Of a DNA stretch of 53,982 bases, positions 26,101 through 36,184 are shown one piece after another (the stretch's first letter is position 1; the number at the start of each line of letters is the position of its first letter). The translations under genes and the position numbers were made by a program. The stretch is from Bacilli bacterium (lineage in GTDB: Bacteria > Bacillota_I > Bacilli_A > RF39 > UBA660). The notes below the pieces were generated by a model, which was given only the letters and a program-made list of their open reading frames with translations, was not told the DNA's origin and searched no databases. The stretch spans positions 1 to 53,982 of the forward strand of contig JAVWTD010000004.1 of the NCBI GenBank assembly GCA_036667875.1, given 5' to 3'.

Positions 26101-26926
26101 AGTTGTATTCTCCTAAGTCTTTTGTTGTTATACCAATTAGTGTGTTATTAATTTTAATTTTGATTCTTTTTACAAAGTAATTGTATAAAATCTCTTTTTT
26201 TTCAGGTGAAATATTTTCTATTTCATCTAAGTAGTTTATGTTTGAATAATAAAAGTGCATAAAATCTCTTAATCTTTTTAGTTCTTGATGTTTGCTTGTG
26301 TTTGTTGTTATACTGTTAGGTCTTTTTATATAATTGTACCCTAGATAATCAATAGAAGTAACGCTTTTACTGTTAGCATATATTTTAGGCATAAGTCCAA
26401 AGTCTTCATGATATTTTTTGGGATCAAAGAATAAATTATTATCTATAAATATTTCTCTTTTTATAGCGGACCCCCAAGGTGTTGCCCAAATGTTACCAGT
26501 ATTTGCAAATAAGACCATGGCATCAATTCCTGAAACATTATTGAATTCTATTAATGAAAGTCGGTCATTTGGAAATTCTTCTATACACCTTACTTTATAT
26601 TTAATTATATCTGCATCAACTTTTGACAAGTTTTTAATTAGGTCTGGTTCAACAGTATCATCAGCATCTACAATTATTATATATTCCCCTTTACTGTTTT
26701 CAATAGCAGTGTTTCTAGCACCTCCACAGCCTTTATTTGTTTGTCTAATACACTTTACTATATTATTGTCTAAATACTTTTTAACTATGTTATAACTGTT
26801 ATCTTTTGACCCATCATCTACAATTATAATTTCAAAGTTTTTTTCAGTTTGATTAAGAATTGATTTTATACAATCTTCTATATATAATTCTGCATTATAC
26901 ATAGCAATAATAAAACTATATTTCAT
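26057..26926 (-). CDS. Family 2 glycosyltransferase
   Basis: FSIIIAMYNAELYIEDCIKSILNQT..FEIIIVDDGSKD...VDADD. GAGGTGA lies 5 nt before the ATG at 26926. Confidence 0.8.
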   Translation of the reverse strand: MKYSFIIAMYNAELYIEDCIKSILNQTEKNFEIIIVDDGSKDNSYNIVKKYLDNNIVKCIRQTNKGCGGARNTAIENSKGEYIIIVDADDTVEPDLIKNLSKVDADIIKYKVRCIEEFPNDRLSLIEFNNVSGIDAMVLFANTGNIWATPWGSAIKREIFIDNNLFFDPKKYHEDFGLMPKIYANSKSVTSIDYLGYNYIKRPNSITTNTSKHQELKRLRDFMHFYYSNINYLDEIENISPEKKEILYNYFVKRIKIKINNTLIGITTKDLGEYNYEEYGYSKRKSQAL

Positions 26927-27015
26927 ATAATTCACCTCTTTTTTAGTAGCTATAATTTTCCTGATTTCGTCTTACTATGGTATATTAAAAAGTTCTAAAT
27001 GTCAAACATTTTTAC

Positions 27016-27042
27016 AAAAAAAGAAGAATTAAATATTCTCCT
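27016..27042 (-). terminator. Probable intrinsic terminator after the ABC permease
   Basis: Minus-strand GGAGAAU-AUUUA-AUUCUUC followed by U7. Confidence 0.45.
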
Positions 27043-29575
27043 CTCTAATAGCGTTTAATATGTTTTCATGTTTGATTTTTTTCGTTGCATAAACTGTTGA
27101 TAAGAAAACAATTATGAATACACCTACTATTGCTATTATTATGCTTTTCCAAGGAATAAGAATAGATTCCATCTGTATTATATTCATCATTGACAAATGC
27201 ATTAACAGAATGACTCCAAATGAGAAAGGAAGAGCATATAGTATAGCTTTTAATCCAAAGAATAAACTTTCAAACCATAAAATCTTATTAAATCCTTTTG
27301 GTGTTAAGCCTATACTTCTTAAAACAGCAAATTCTTTTCTTCTTAATGCTATACTTGTATTTATAGTATTAAAGACACTAGTTACTCCAATAAGAGTTAC
27401 TAAACTAATAAAACCATATACTAATATTTTTATTATTGTCATTATTTTATTAGCGTTTTCTGATTGTTCTTTAATATTTATATAATTATACTGTTTAATT
27501 TCCCCTTTTTCTATATATTCCTTTATTACTTCATCTACCTTTTTATAATTAGAAGTTTTAAGTAACAATATTTTGGTGTTTGTTTCCTCTTTAATTATAC
27601 TTTTATAAATAGAATTAGATAAAATAAATGATGGTGAAAAATTCCCTTCATAAGAAGATGATCCTAGAAAAGGTTTACTACTTATGTGGTAATCTTTTAT
27701 ATTTGTAATAGTTTTTCTTAGATTAGTATCTGTATTTTCATCGTATATATCTTTTGATATCTCTAAGTTTATTTTTTTGTTTTTTCTGTATTTTTCAAGA
27801 TCATACGATTTTCTTGAATTTTTTTTATAGATAACTCCTTTATACTTATTAAGTAAAACCGGTTTGTTTGTCTTTTCTCCTATTTTATTTAAATATTCAT
27901 CAAAATATTTATCATCTAAAATAAATAAAGAAGATGAACTATTTTCTAAATCTCTTATTTTATTATCATCTAAGAATTTTTGAAATTTAGGAGTGTGAAT
28001 TTCTTTAAAGTCCCCTTTTGTGTAAATTCTGTCAACTGAAAGACGAAGTGATTCATCAATTTCTTTCATTGATTCAATTTTATTTAACACAGGACTTTCT
28101 TTATCATAATTAATAATTAAGTCTATGTCTGCTACATTTGTTAAACTCTCTCCCCCATCAATAGTGTAGGCCAAATAACCTGAGAAAGATATAAACATTA
28201 CAATACTAATAAAAAGTGATACTACTGTAATTCGATATTTCTTTTTATTTCGTTTGATGTTCTTTAAAGCTAATTCTCCTTCAATTCCAAATAACTTTAG
28301 AATAAATTTAGGAGTTCTCACTTTTTTTGCTTTTATTTTTATATCATCATTTAAACGTATAGCTTCAATAGGTGATATTTTACTTGCCCTATGTGCTGGT
28401 AAGAAGGCACTTATAAATATTGTAATAATCATAAATAATATTGGTACAAAAATAAATAATGGATAAGTGGAAAGTTTAAATGATAAATTATTAATTATTC
28501 CTTTTATTAAATTATTTAAAATTATCAAAACAGTTCCAATCCCTAAGTAAGCTGCCATTATACCAAGTGGTATTCCTATTACCGCTACTATTATGGCTTC
28601 AAAGAAAACAGTCTTCTTTAGTTGATTTCTTGTTGCCCCAATACTTGAAAATAGTCCAAATTGTTTTTTTCTTTCCATAACGGAAATAGCAAATGAATTA
28701 TAAATAACTACAATACATGCAATTGATACAAGACTTAATAAGATTGCTAACATTCCAGTCATACCATTTACAATATTATTATATTTTGTTACACCATAAA
28801 TTCCTAATAAATTATCATTATAAATAATTCTTTCATAGTATTCTTGACTTTCATATTTAATTTTCAATGATTTAGATATCATTTTTCCTACTTCAAAAGT
28901 TTTTTTAGGATATCTCAATTGAACAAGGATATCTACTTTATTTTCTAAATTTTTACTAGGAAGAGTGAATGAATAATATCCAACATCTGTTCCTTCGGAG
29001 ATATCTTTTTCTATGATTCCTACTATTTTGTATGATTTACTAAATTTTTCTTTTATGTATTCATTTTCTACAATAGAATTTTGATTAACGATTTGATTGT
29101 CTTTTAGTCTATCACCAACTTTTAAATTCAATGTTTCTCCAATTTCATAAGGTAAATTATATTTACTTAATAGATGCTCTGGGATTACTATTTCATTTTC
29201 AGTTTTTGGAAATCTTCCTTTTTCCAATTTTAAGGAATTAAAGAATTTTTCATTTGCTCCATAAATTTTAAAATAGGCATCATTTATTTTTTCGTTTATT
29301 TTAGCGTATCCATAATATTCTTTTATCTTAATTTCTTTAATATTAGCATTATTTTGAATCATGGATATTTGTTCTTTTTTTAAATCTTTTATTTCAATAT
29401 GTTGACTACCAAAGTTGCTGATTGCATCTTCTATCATCATTTCTCTAGTAGAAGATAAAAGTAACCCAATACCAACCATTAAAGAGGTCGATAATACAAT
29501 ACCTATGATTGTAACGATTGTTCTTTTTTTGTTCATTTTTAAATGCTTGACAGTTAGTTTATTTAAGATATTCAT
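27029..29575 (-). CDS. ABC transporter permease with two FtsX-type domains (MacB/Bce-like)
   Basis: 848 aa with two 4-TM FtsX-like blocks, each preceded by a large extracytoplasmic region. It overlaps the ATPase gene by 1 nt. Confidence 0.75.
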   Translation of the reverse strand: MNILNKLTVKHLKMNKKRTIVTIIGIVLSTSLMVGIGLLLSSTREMMIEDAISNFGSQHIEIKDLKKEQISMIQNNANIKEIKIKEYYGYAKINEKINDAYFKIYGANEKFFNSLKLEKGRFPKTENEIVIPEHLLSKYNLPYEIGETLNLKVGDRLKDNQIVNQNSIVENEYIKEKFSKSYKIVGIIEKDISEGTDVGYYSFTLPSKNLENKVDILVQLRYPKKTFEVGKMISKSLKIKYESQEYYERIIYNDNLLGIYGVTKYNNIVNGMTGMLAILLSLVSIACIVVIYNSFAISVMERKKQFGLFSSIGATRNQLKKTVFFEAIIVAVIGIPLGIMAAYLGIGTVLIILNNLIKGIINNLSFKLSTYPLFIFVPILFMIITIFISAFLPAHRASKISPIEAIRLNDDIKIKAKKVRTPKFILKLFGIEGELALKNIKRNKKKYRITVVSLFISIVMFISFSGYLAYTIDGGESLTNVADIDLIINYDKESPVLNKIESMKEIDESLRLSVDRIYTKGDFKEIHTPKFQKFLDDNKIRDLENSSSSLFILDDKYFDEYLNKIGEKTNKPVLLNKYKGVIYKKNSRKSYDLEKYRKNKKINLEISKDIYDENTDTNLRKTITNIKDYHISSKPFLGSSSYEGNFSPSFILSNSIYKSIIKEETNTKILLLKTSNYKKVDEVIKEYIEKGEIKQYNYINIKEQSENANKIMTIIKILVYGFISLVTLIGVTSVFNTINTSIALRRKEFAVLRSIGLTPKGFNKILWFESLFFGLKAILYALPFSFGVILLMHLSMMNIIQMESILIPWKSIIIAIVGVFIIVFLSTVYATKKIKHENILNAIREENI

Positions 29576-30255
29576 TATTGTACCTTTTCATCACTTATTA
29601 TTTTACCATCATCAATGGTAATTATTCTGTCAGCATTTAGTGCCAAATTATGATCATGAGTAATCATAATTATTGTTTGTTTGTATTTTTTGTTTGATAG
29701 TTTTAATAATTCGAGTATTTCTTTGCTTGCTTTTGAGTCTAAGTTTCCAGTAGGTTCATCCGCTAAAAGTAAGGCAGGTCTATTCATTAAAGCTCTACCG
29801 ATACTAACTCTTTGCTGTTGTCCTCCTGAAAGTTCATTTGGTAAATGGTTTACTCTATTTTTTAAGTTTAGAGTAGTTATTATTTCATTTAAATATTCCG
29901 TATCTGGTTCTTTTCCATCTAAAAGAATAGGAAGCGTAATATTTTCAGTTACATTTAAAATTGGTATAAGATTATAAAATTGATAAATTAAGCCAACTTG
30001 TCTTCTTCTAAAGATTGCCAAGTTATTTTCATCCAAGTTATAAATGTTTTCACCGTCTATAATAATATTTCCACTTGTTGGTTTATCAACCCCACCTAAA
30101 AGGTGTAAAAGAGTTGATTTCCCACTACCACTTGCACCTACTATTGCAACAAATTCACCTTTTTCTACTTCAAAATTAATACCATCTAAAGCTCTTACTA
30201 AGGTTTCTCCTTTTCCGTAAGTTTTTTTAAGATTTTCGACTTTTAAAATGTTCAT
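29575..30255 (-). CDS. ABC transporter ATP-binding protein (MacB/LolD-like)
   Basis: Walker A GASGSGKST, signature LSGGQQQR and Walker B LLLADEPT. Confidence 0.92.
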   Translation of the reverse strand: MNILKVENLKKTYGKGETLVRALDGINFEVEKGEFVAIVGASGSGKSTLLHLLGGVDKPTSGNIIIDGENIYNLDENNLAIFRRRQVGLIYQFYNLIPILNVTENITLPILLDGKEPDTEYLNEIITTLNLKNRVNHLPNELSGGQQQRVSIGRALMNRPALLLADEPTGNLDSKASKEILELLKLSNKKYKQTIIMITHDHNLALNADRIITIDDGKIISDEKVQ

Positions 30256-30326
30256 ATTTTTCCCTCCACACTTAAAGTATAGTATTATTAGATGACTTTT
30301 AAATGACTAATGTTGTGACTTTTTTG

Positions 30327-31532
30327 TCATATTATATGATTATAAAATTTAATTCTAAAAAGTGTTCCATTTGAATCACTTGTCACTGTTATATCACCAT
30401 TTTCTTTTTCAATGATTGTCTTTGCCATGTTTAAACCAATTCCAATACTTTCTTTATTATTTATTCCTTTGTAAAATCTTTCAAATATATGTGGCAGGTC
30501 TTTTTTTGAAATACCTAAACCAGTATCCTTCACGGTAATTTCTGTGTACAAAGGGTTTTCACTTGCATCAATTATAACAGAACCTTTATTTGTGTGTTCA
30601 ATGGCGTTTTTTATGATATTTCCAAGAGCTTCTACTGTCCAGTTAAAGTCAATATTAGCATATATTTTTTCATTACAATTAATAAGTAATTCAATATTTT
30701 TAATTTCTGAAATTATTTTAAGTGGTTCAATTGAAACTTTTAAAACTTCTTTTATATTAGTCTTTTTAATTGTTAAGATAGTTGTTCCACTATCTAATCT
30801 TGACATAATGAGTAAACTCTTTATAAGCCACTCAATTCGCTTTAATTGTTCCTTATTTTGATTTAAAAATTCATGTTTAACGCTATTTGAGACATTGTCA
30901 TATAATATATCATTTATAACAAACAGACTTGTAAGAGGTGTTTTTAATTGATGTGATATATCTGATAATGTTGTTTCTAAGAATTTTTTGTCGTTAGTCA
31001 AGTTTTCACTTTGCTCTTTTAATTTTATAGTCATTTTATAAAGATCGTTTTTTAAATTACTTATATCTCCTTCTGAATATTCTCTAATGTCCATACTGTA
31101 GTTATTATTTAAAATATTATGAGTATATTTTGAAATGTTATTTATTTTATTATAAAGTTTTTTTACAAATAAAAATATAATAAACAATAAAACAAATGAA
31201 AACGATAAAATAAAGAATGAAATTTTAATTATAATATTTGCTTTTAAAACACCATTATTACCAAGATAATCAAGATTATTTAAATCAGTTAGACCATATC
31301 TATCAAGTGTTTCACTATTACTATTACCTTCAGTAATTAGATTGATTACTTCATTTTCTAGTTCTGGATGTTTTTCTATTATTCCATTTACTATTTTAGC
31401 ATTGTTAGATATTAAATTTTGTTTATATTCTTTATAAATTTCTTTAGAAAATAAAATGCCAAAAAAAAGAAATACTATTAAAACTAGAAAAAAGACTAAA
31501 AATAATTTTTTTATTTCTTTGTTTTTAAACAT
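30327..31532 (-). CDS. Sensor histidine kinase
   Basis: Two TM helices, H-box SDISHQLKTPLTS, an N-box and GxGLG (GIGLNMAK). Confidence 0.85.
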   Translation of the reverse strand: MFKNKEIKKLFLVFFLVLIVFLFFGILFSKEIYKEYKQNLISNNAKIVNGIIEKHPELENEVINLITEGNSNSETLDRYGLTDLNNLDYLGNNGVLKANIIIKISFFILSFSFVLLFIIFLFVKKLYNKINNISKYTHNILNNNYSMDIREYSEGDISNLKNDLYKMTIKLKEQSENLTNDKKFLETTLSDISHQLKTPLTSLFVINDILYDNVSNSVKHEFLNQNKEQLKRIEWLIKSLLIMSRLDSGTTILTIKKTNIKEVLKVSIEPLKIISEIKNIELLINCNEKIYANIDFNWTVEALGNIIKNAIEHTNKGSVIIDASENPLYTEITVKDTGLGISKKDLPHIFERFYKGINNKESIGIGLNMAKTIIEKENGDITVTSDSNGTLFRIKFYNHII

Positions 31533-32205
31533 TATATTCTCCTATCTTATAACCCATCCCTCTTATCGTTAAAATGATTTTAGGATTACTTGGGTCATTT
31601 TCTATTTTTTCTCTTATTCTTTTTATATAAACAGTTAAAGTGTTATCGTTAACATACTCTTCGTTAACATCCCAAATATCCGCTAGAAGTTTTTCTCGTG
31701 TAAATGTTATTTTTTGATTTAGGGCTAATGTAATTAGTATCTTATATTCAAGGGCTGTTAGCATCAAATCTTTACCGTTTTTTAAAACTTTTGCTTGATT
31801 CAAATCAATTGTAATATCGAATATTTGAAAAATGTTTGAGGTATTATTTCCTTTATTTCTTCTTAAAACATTTCTTATTCTACTCACAAGTTCTCTTGCT
31901 TTAAATGGTTTTGTAATATAGTCGTCTGCTCCCATATCTAGTCCTCTTACGATTGAAAGTTCTAAGTCATTAGCGGTAAGAAAAATTATGGGTATTTTGT
32001 TTATGTTCTTTAATTGCTTAAAAAGACTAAAACCATCTATGTCTGGCAAGTTTAAATCTAATAGTATTATATCTACAAGGGATGCTTTATTTAGTCCAAT
32101 TACCCCAGTTGACGCTATAAAAACATCATATCCTTCTTGTTCAAGATAATATTTCAAACCAGTTCTAATAGCAGTGTCATCTTCAATAATTAATATTTTT
32201 TCCAT
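31525..32205 (-). CDS. OmpR-family response regulator
   Basis: ILIIEDD...LLDLNLPDIDG receiver plus a winged-helix LTALEYKIL...RGMGYK. AGGTGA precedes the ATG at 32205. Confidence 0.9.
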   Translation of the reverse strand: MEKILIIEDDTAIRTGLKYYLEQEGYDVFIASTGVIGLNKASLVDIILLDLNLPDIDGFSLFKQLKNINKIPIIFLTANDLELSIVRGLDMGADDYITKPFKARELVSRIRNVLRRNKGNNTSNIFQIFDITIDLNQAKVLKNGKDLMLTALEYKILITLALNQKITFTREKLLADIWDVNEEYVNDNTLTVYIKRIREKIENDPSNPKIILTIRGMGYKIGEYNV

Positions 32206-32274
32206 AAAATCACCTAAATCCATTATACATTATTTTATAATATTTTATCTTACATTTTAGTAACAAAAAAAGAA

Positions 32275-32667
32275 TTATAAAATAATCCTTTTTGTATAGT
32301 CCTCTTTTATTAGAGGCTCATTGAAACGGTTAACATCACTACAGTGGTCTCTTTCAAATTTTAAAAGGCAATCATATATTTTTAAGAGTTCTGTTTTAGT
32401 TGGCATCTTACTACTATTGTTTATTTCTTTTAAAATACGATTTAAATAAACAAACATGTCTAATTCTCTTGATTCAATAACGTGAATATAATTGTGTGAT
32501 GTTTCTCCTATTAAAATGGCACCATTTGAAATAGTATCTAATCCATGGTATTGTTTTTTTACAATATGATGATATGTAAATTGTTGTCTATTTTCAAGTT
32601 TATAACCCATCCAATCAATATCAGTCATACCATAAATTTTAATCATTTCTTTCGTTATTCGTCTCAT
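32275..32667 (-). CDS. Small HNH-like protein, paralogue of 12496..12870
   Basis: DWMGYKL...QFTYHHIVKKQYHGLDTISNGAILIGETSHNYIHVIE aligns position by position with the 124-aa protein. Confidence 0.45.
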   Translation of the reverse strand: MRRITKEMIKIYGMTDIDWMGYKLENRQQFTYHHIVKKQYHGLDTISNGAILIGETSHNYIHVIESRELDMFVYLNRILKEINNSSKMPTKTELLKIYDCLLKFERDHCSDVNRFNEPLIKEDYTKRIIL

Positions 32668-32729
32668 ACTTCTCCCCCTTTGATTATATCAAAAGAAAAT
32701 TATAGAAACAATTAAGTTACTTTTAAGTA

Positions 32730-34085
32730 TCAATTAAATTTATTAAATACAGTTTGATTGTGTGGTTCTATTCCTTTTAAAGCAAACATTTCTTCAAGTG
32801 ATACAAATTCATATCCTTGTTTCTTTAAATCGTCCATAGCCATTAATGCTCCGTCTATACTTGACCTATACAGGTCATGAAGTAATATAACAGAACCATT
32901 AGTAGTACTAGACATTATATTCTTATATACTGTTTGTGCATCTCTATATTTCCAATCAAGAGGATCTACAGACCATAAAATAATGGGTAGACCTGCTACA
33001 TTTTTAACATTATCATTTAAATTACCATAAGGTGGTCTTAAGGCAAAAGGGTTTACTCCAAGAACGCTATTTATGGCATCAGTGGTGTTTTTAATATCTT
33101 TATATAATTCATATTCTCCAAGATAAGTTAAGTTTAAATGGGCGTAAGAGTGACTTCCTATAGTGTGACCTTCATTATACATAGTTCTAATCAAATCAGC
33201 TTGAGCCATAACTCTATTACCTAGGACAAAAAATGATGCTTTAGCATTTCTTATATTCAATTGATTAATTAGATAATTAGTATTCTCTCCAGCGGGTCCA
33301 TCATCAAAAGTAAATGCCACTACTTTTTTATTTTTGAAGTTTTCTATATTTCTACTTTTTCTTTCTTTACTTACTGGTTTTTCTTTATTATAAATCATTT
33401 TAAAACTAATAATATCTTCTATTTCACTTAAAGGTATTTCAATTTTAATATCTCCAATATATCTTGGACCTACTTTGTATGAAGGGAATATAATATTCAT
33501 TCCACGGTCATCAAAATAAAAATGTTCAAAGGTTTTTTCTTCAGGCTTAACAGCGTTTTTTATTTCTTCGTCTGTAAATAAATCAATATTTTCAGTAAAT
33601 TTTAAATCTAATAACTTATAATAAGACTTTTTAGAAATAATATCCAAAAAATTAGAATTAGGTTTAAAAAAATCATTAATTGATAGTTTTGTTTTTGTTT
33701 CATCATTATAGTGATAAGTATAATTATCTACTTCATAATTAGCGCCTCCACTAAAATAATATTTTTTAAGTCTTAATGTTTTAATATTCCCTACTCTATA
33801 TTTTTCATAACTAATTATTAATTCATACTTTAATTTATTTTCTTTTAACCATTTTTTGTTTTCTTTGCTTTTATGAACAGTTTCTAATATTGATTCTTTT
33901 ATTATTTTATTTGTTTCTTCATCAATCTCTTTAACTTCTGTAAATGGTTGATCTATTTTAAGTGTATAATACCTTTTTTCTTTTATAATTGGTTCACTTG
34001 TTTTAGTAGGTTTTATAATCACTAATAAAGTTATTGTTAATATTAGAGCAATCATTATTGTTAAAATTATTTTTTTCTTTTTCAT
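32730..34085 (-). CDS. PdaC-like polysaccharide deacetylase (TM anchor, DUF3298-like domain, NodB domain)
   Basis: NodB motifs FTFDDGP and HSYAH. N-terminal TM helix and a ~230-aa pre-domain, as in B. subtilis PdaC. Confidence 0.75.
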   Translation of the reverse strand: MKKKKIILTIMIALILTITLLVIIKPTKTSEPIIKEKRYYTLKIDQPFTEVKEIDEETNKIIKESILETVHKSKENKKWLKENKLKYELIISYEKYRVGNIKTLRLKKYYFSGGANYEVDNYTYHYNDETKTKLSINDFFKPNSNFLDIISKKSYYKLLDLKFTENIDLFTDEEIKNAVKPEEKTFEHFYFDDRGMNIIFPSYKVGPRYIGDIKIEIPLSEIEDIISFKMIYNKEKPVSKERKSRNIENFKNKKVVAFTFDDGPAGENTNYLINQLNIRNAKASFFVLGNRVMAQADLIRTMYNEGHTIGSHSYAHLNLTYLGEYELYKDIKNTTDAINSVLGVNPFALRPPYGNLNDNVKNVAGLPIILWSVDPLDWKYRDAQTVYKNIMSSTTNGSVILLHDLYRSSIDGALMAMDDLKKQGYEFVSLEEMFALKGIEPHNQTVFNKFN

Positions 34086-34158
34086 ATTACTACCTCATTT
34101 TTAGTATACCACAAAAAATATTTTCTAGTTATTAATAATTTAGAGAAGTTTGTAAAGG

Positions 34159-34187
34159 TTGACAAATTTTAATATTTTAAATATAAT
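34159..34187 (+). promoter_or_regulatory. Consensus sigma-A promoter TTGACA-17-TATAAT for the glmS leader
   Basis: TTGACA at 34159-34164 and TATAAT at 34182-34187. Confidence 0.65.
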
Positions 34188-34221
34188 TAATTTAAAGTTA
34201 TATAAAGTAGAAAGGTAATAT

Positions 34222-34356
34222 GACTAGCGCCAGACCATTATGGTGACGAGGATTAGTAGTTATCGATTTTTCGGCGGATGCTACTACGGACAGATGAGTT
34301 CGTTAAATAATTAGTAAAAAATAAAATAAACATTATAACAAATCTAATTATTAATC
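34222..34356 (+). ncRNA. glmS leader: glmS ribozyme (GlcN6P-dependent self-cleaving riboswitch)
   Basis: Core AGCGCCAGACC...GGUGACGAGGAUUAGUAGUUAUCGAUUUUUCGGCGGAUGCUACUACGG matches the conserved AGCGCCAGAAC...GACGAGGAUGG...AUCGAAUUUUCGGCGGAUGCC. It lies directly upstream of glmS. The 3' boundary is approximate (AU-rich P4-like stem TAATTAG/CTAATTA). Confidence 0.85.
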
Positions 34357-34374
34357 ATTTAAAAGGAGAATTAT

Positions 34375-36147
34375 ATGTGTGGAATTGTTGGTTATGTAGG
34401 CAATAATTATAATGCAATAAATGTAATTATAGATGGGCTTACTAACCTAGAGTATAGAGGCTATGATTCAGCTGGTATAGCGTACTCTGAAGAAGGCTTA
34501 ATAAAAATCATAAAAGAAAAAGGCAAATTAGAAAACTTAAAAAAGAAATTAGATATGAATATACTATCTAATTTAGGTATAGGTCATACAAGATGGGCTA
34601 CACATGGAGAAGCTAACCTTGTAAATAGCCATCCTCATAAAGTTGGAAAAGTTACAATTGTTCATAATGGGATTATTGAAAACTATAGTGAAATTAAAGA
34701 AGAATTACGTGAAGCTGGATATAATTTTATTAGTGACACAGACTCAGAAGTAGGAGCAGCATTATTAGATAAAATATATAATGAAACAAAAAGCGTTGAA
34801 CAAACATTATCATTATTTTTAAAAAAAACAAGAGGAGCTTATGCTTTAGGTATAATAATTGATGGTGATAATCACTTATATGCATTAAAAAAAGATAGCC
34901 CTCTTATCATCGGAGTTGGAAACTCTGAAAACTTTATTTCATCTGATGTTCCCGCTATTTTAAAATATACAAATAAATATATTGTTCTTGAAGATTCTGA
35001 CTTTGCTAAAATAAGTGCAGATAAAATTATTGTATATGATAATAAAGTTGACATTAAAAAGTATGAAGTTAGAGAGTTTAAAGGAAAAAGTATAGATATA
35101 TCAAAAAACGGTTATGACCATTTTATGTTAAAAGAAATATATGAACAACCCGAAGTTATTAAAAATACATTTTCTAGTTTTGTAAAAGACAACAAATTAG
35201 ATTTAAATATTCCAAACTTAAATAAATATAGAAGAATTGATATTGTTGCATGTGGAAGTGCCTATCATGCAGGGTATGTTGGAAAAATGTTTATTGAGGA
35301 ATATGGTAATATAGAAGTAAATGTGGAAGTAGCATCTGAATATAGGTACAAGAAATTATTTTTAGATTCATCTGTTTTAGTAATTGTTATATCTCAATCT
35401 GGTGAGACTGCAGACACTTTAGCAGCACTAAAACTCGCTAAAAAAAGTGGATGCTTCACTATCGGTATAATAAATGTTGTAGAAAGCAGTATTGCTAGAC
35501 TTTGTGACAAAGTTTTATATACTAAAGCAGGTCCTGAGATAGCTGTAGCAACAACCAAAGGTTATACAAGTCAAGTGGCAATATTAGCTTTAATTGCAAT
35601 TCAATTATCAAACAAAAATATTGATGGTTTAAGAAAACTTCCAATCATCATGCAATCTATTTTAGATGATACAATTGAATATAAAGAAATAGCAAATAAA
35701 ATTTTTGACAAGGATCCTGTTTTCTTTATAGGAAGAGATATTGATTATGCTTTATGTATGGAAGGAAGTTTGAAATTAAAAGAAATTTCTTATATTAATT
35801 CAGCAGCATATAAAGCAGGAGAACTAAAACATGGTACCATCTCTTTAATAGAAAAAGGAACAATAGTAATAGCTATTATGACAGAACCAAAAATCATGGA
35901 AAAAACAATTAGTAATATAAAAGAGACTAAAGCAAGAGGTGCTTATGTCATATTAATTACAACATTAGATGTTAATCCTGAACAAGACTATTTTGATGAG
36001 GTAATATATGTACCTCGTACTGAAAAATTATTTCAACCTATGCTTACAGTTTTACCTTTACAACTTTTAGCATACGAAGTAGCTAAATTAAAAGGTTGTG
36101 ACATTGATAAACCCAAAAACTTAGCGAAATCTGTCACTGTTGAATAA
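34375..36147 (+). CDS. glmS: Glutamine--fructose-6-phosphate aminotransferase
   Basis: MCGIVGY N-terminal nucleophile, two SIS domains and a C-terminal KSVTVE. Confidence 0.97.
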   Translation: MCGIVGYVGNNYNAINVIIDGLTNLEYRGYDSAGIAYSEEGLIKIIKEKGKLENLKKKLDMNILSNLGIGHTRWATHGEANLVNSHPHKVGKVTIVHNGIIENYSEIKEELREAGYNFISDTDSEVGAALLDKIYNETKSVEQTLSLFLKKTRGAYALGIIIDGDNHLYALKKDSPLIIGVGNSENFISSDVPAILKYTNKYIVLEDSDFAKISADKIIVYDNKVDIKKYEVREFKGKSIDISKNGYDHFMLKEIYEQPEVIKNTFSSFVKDNKLDLNIPNLNKYRRIDIVACGSAYHAGYVGKMFIEEYGNIEVNVEVASEYRYKKLFLDSSVLVIVISQSGETADTLAALKLAKKSGCFTIGIINVVESSIARLCDKVLYTKAGPEIAVATTKGYTSQVAILALIAIQLSNKNIDGLRKLPIIMQSILDDTIEYKEIANKIFDKDPVFFIGRDIDYALCMEGSLKLKEISYINSAAYKAGELKHGTISLIEKGTIVIAIMTEPKIMEKTISNIKETKARGAYVILITTLDVNPEQDYFDEVIYVPRTEKLFQPMLTVLPLQLLAYEVAKLKGCDIDKPKNLAKSVTVE

Positions 36148-36170
36148 AAGACTACAAATTGTAGTCTTTT
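36147..36170. terminator. Hairpin terminator shared by glmS and the convergent 36185 gene
   Basis: AAAGACTAC-(loop)-GTAGTCTTT with short T/A runs on both sides. Confidence 0.5.
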
Positions 36171-36184
36171 AATGTGTATTTTTA

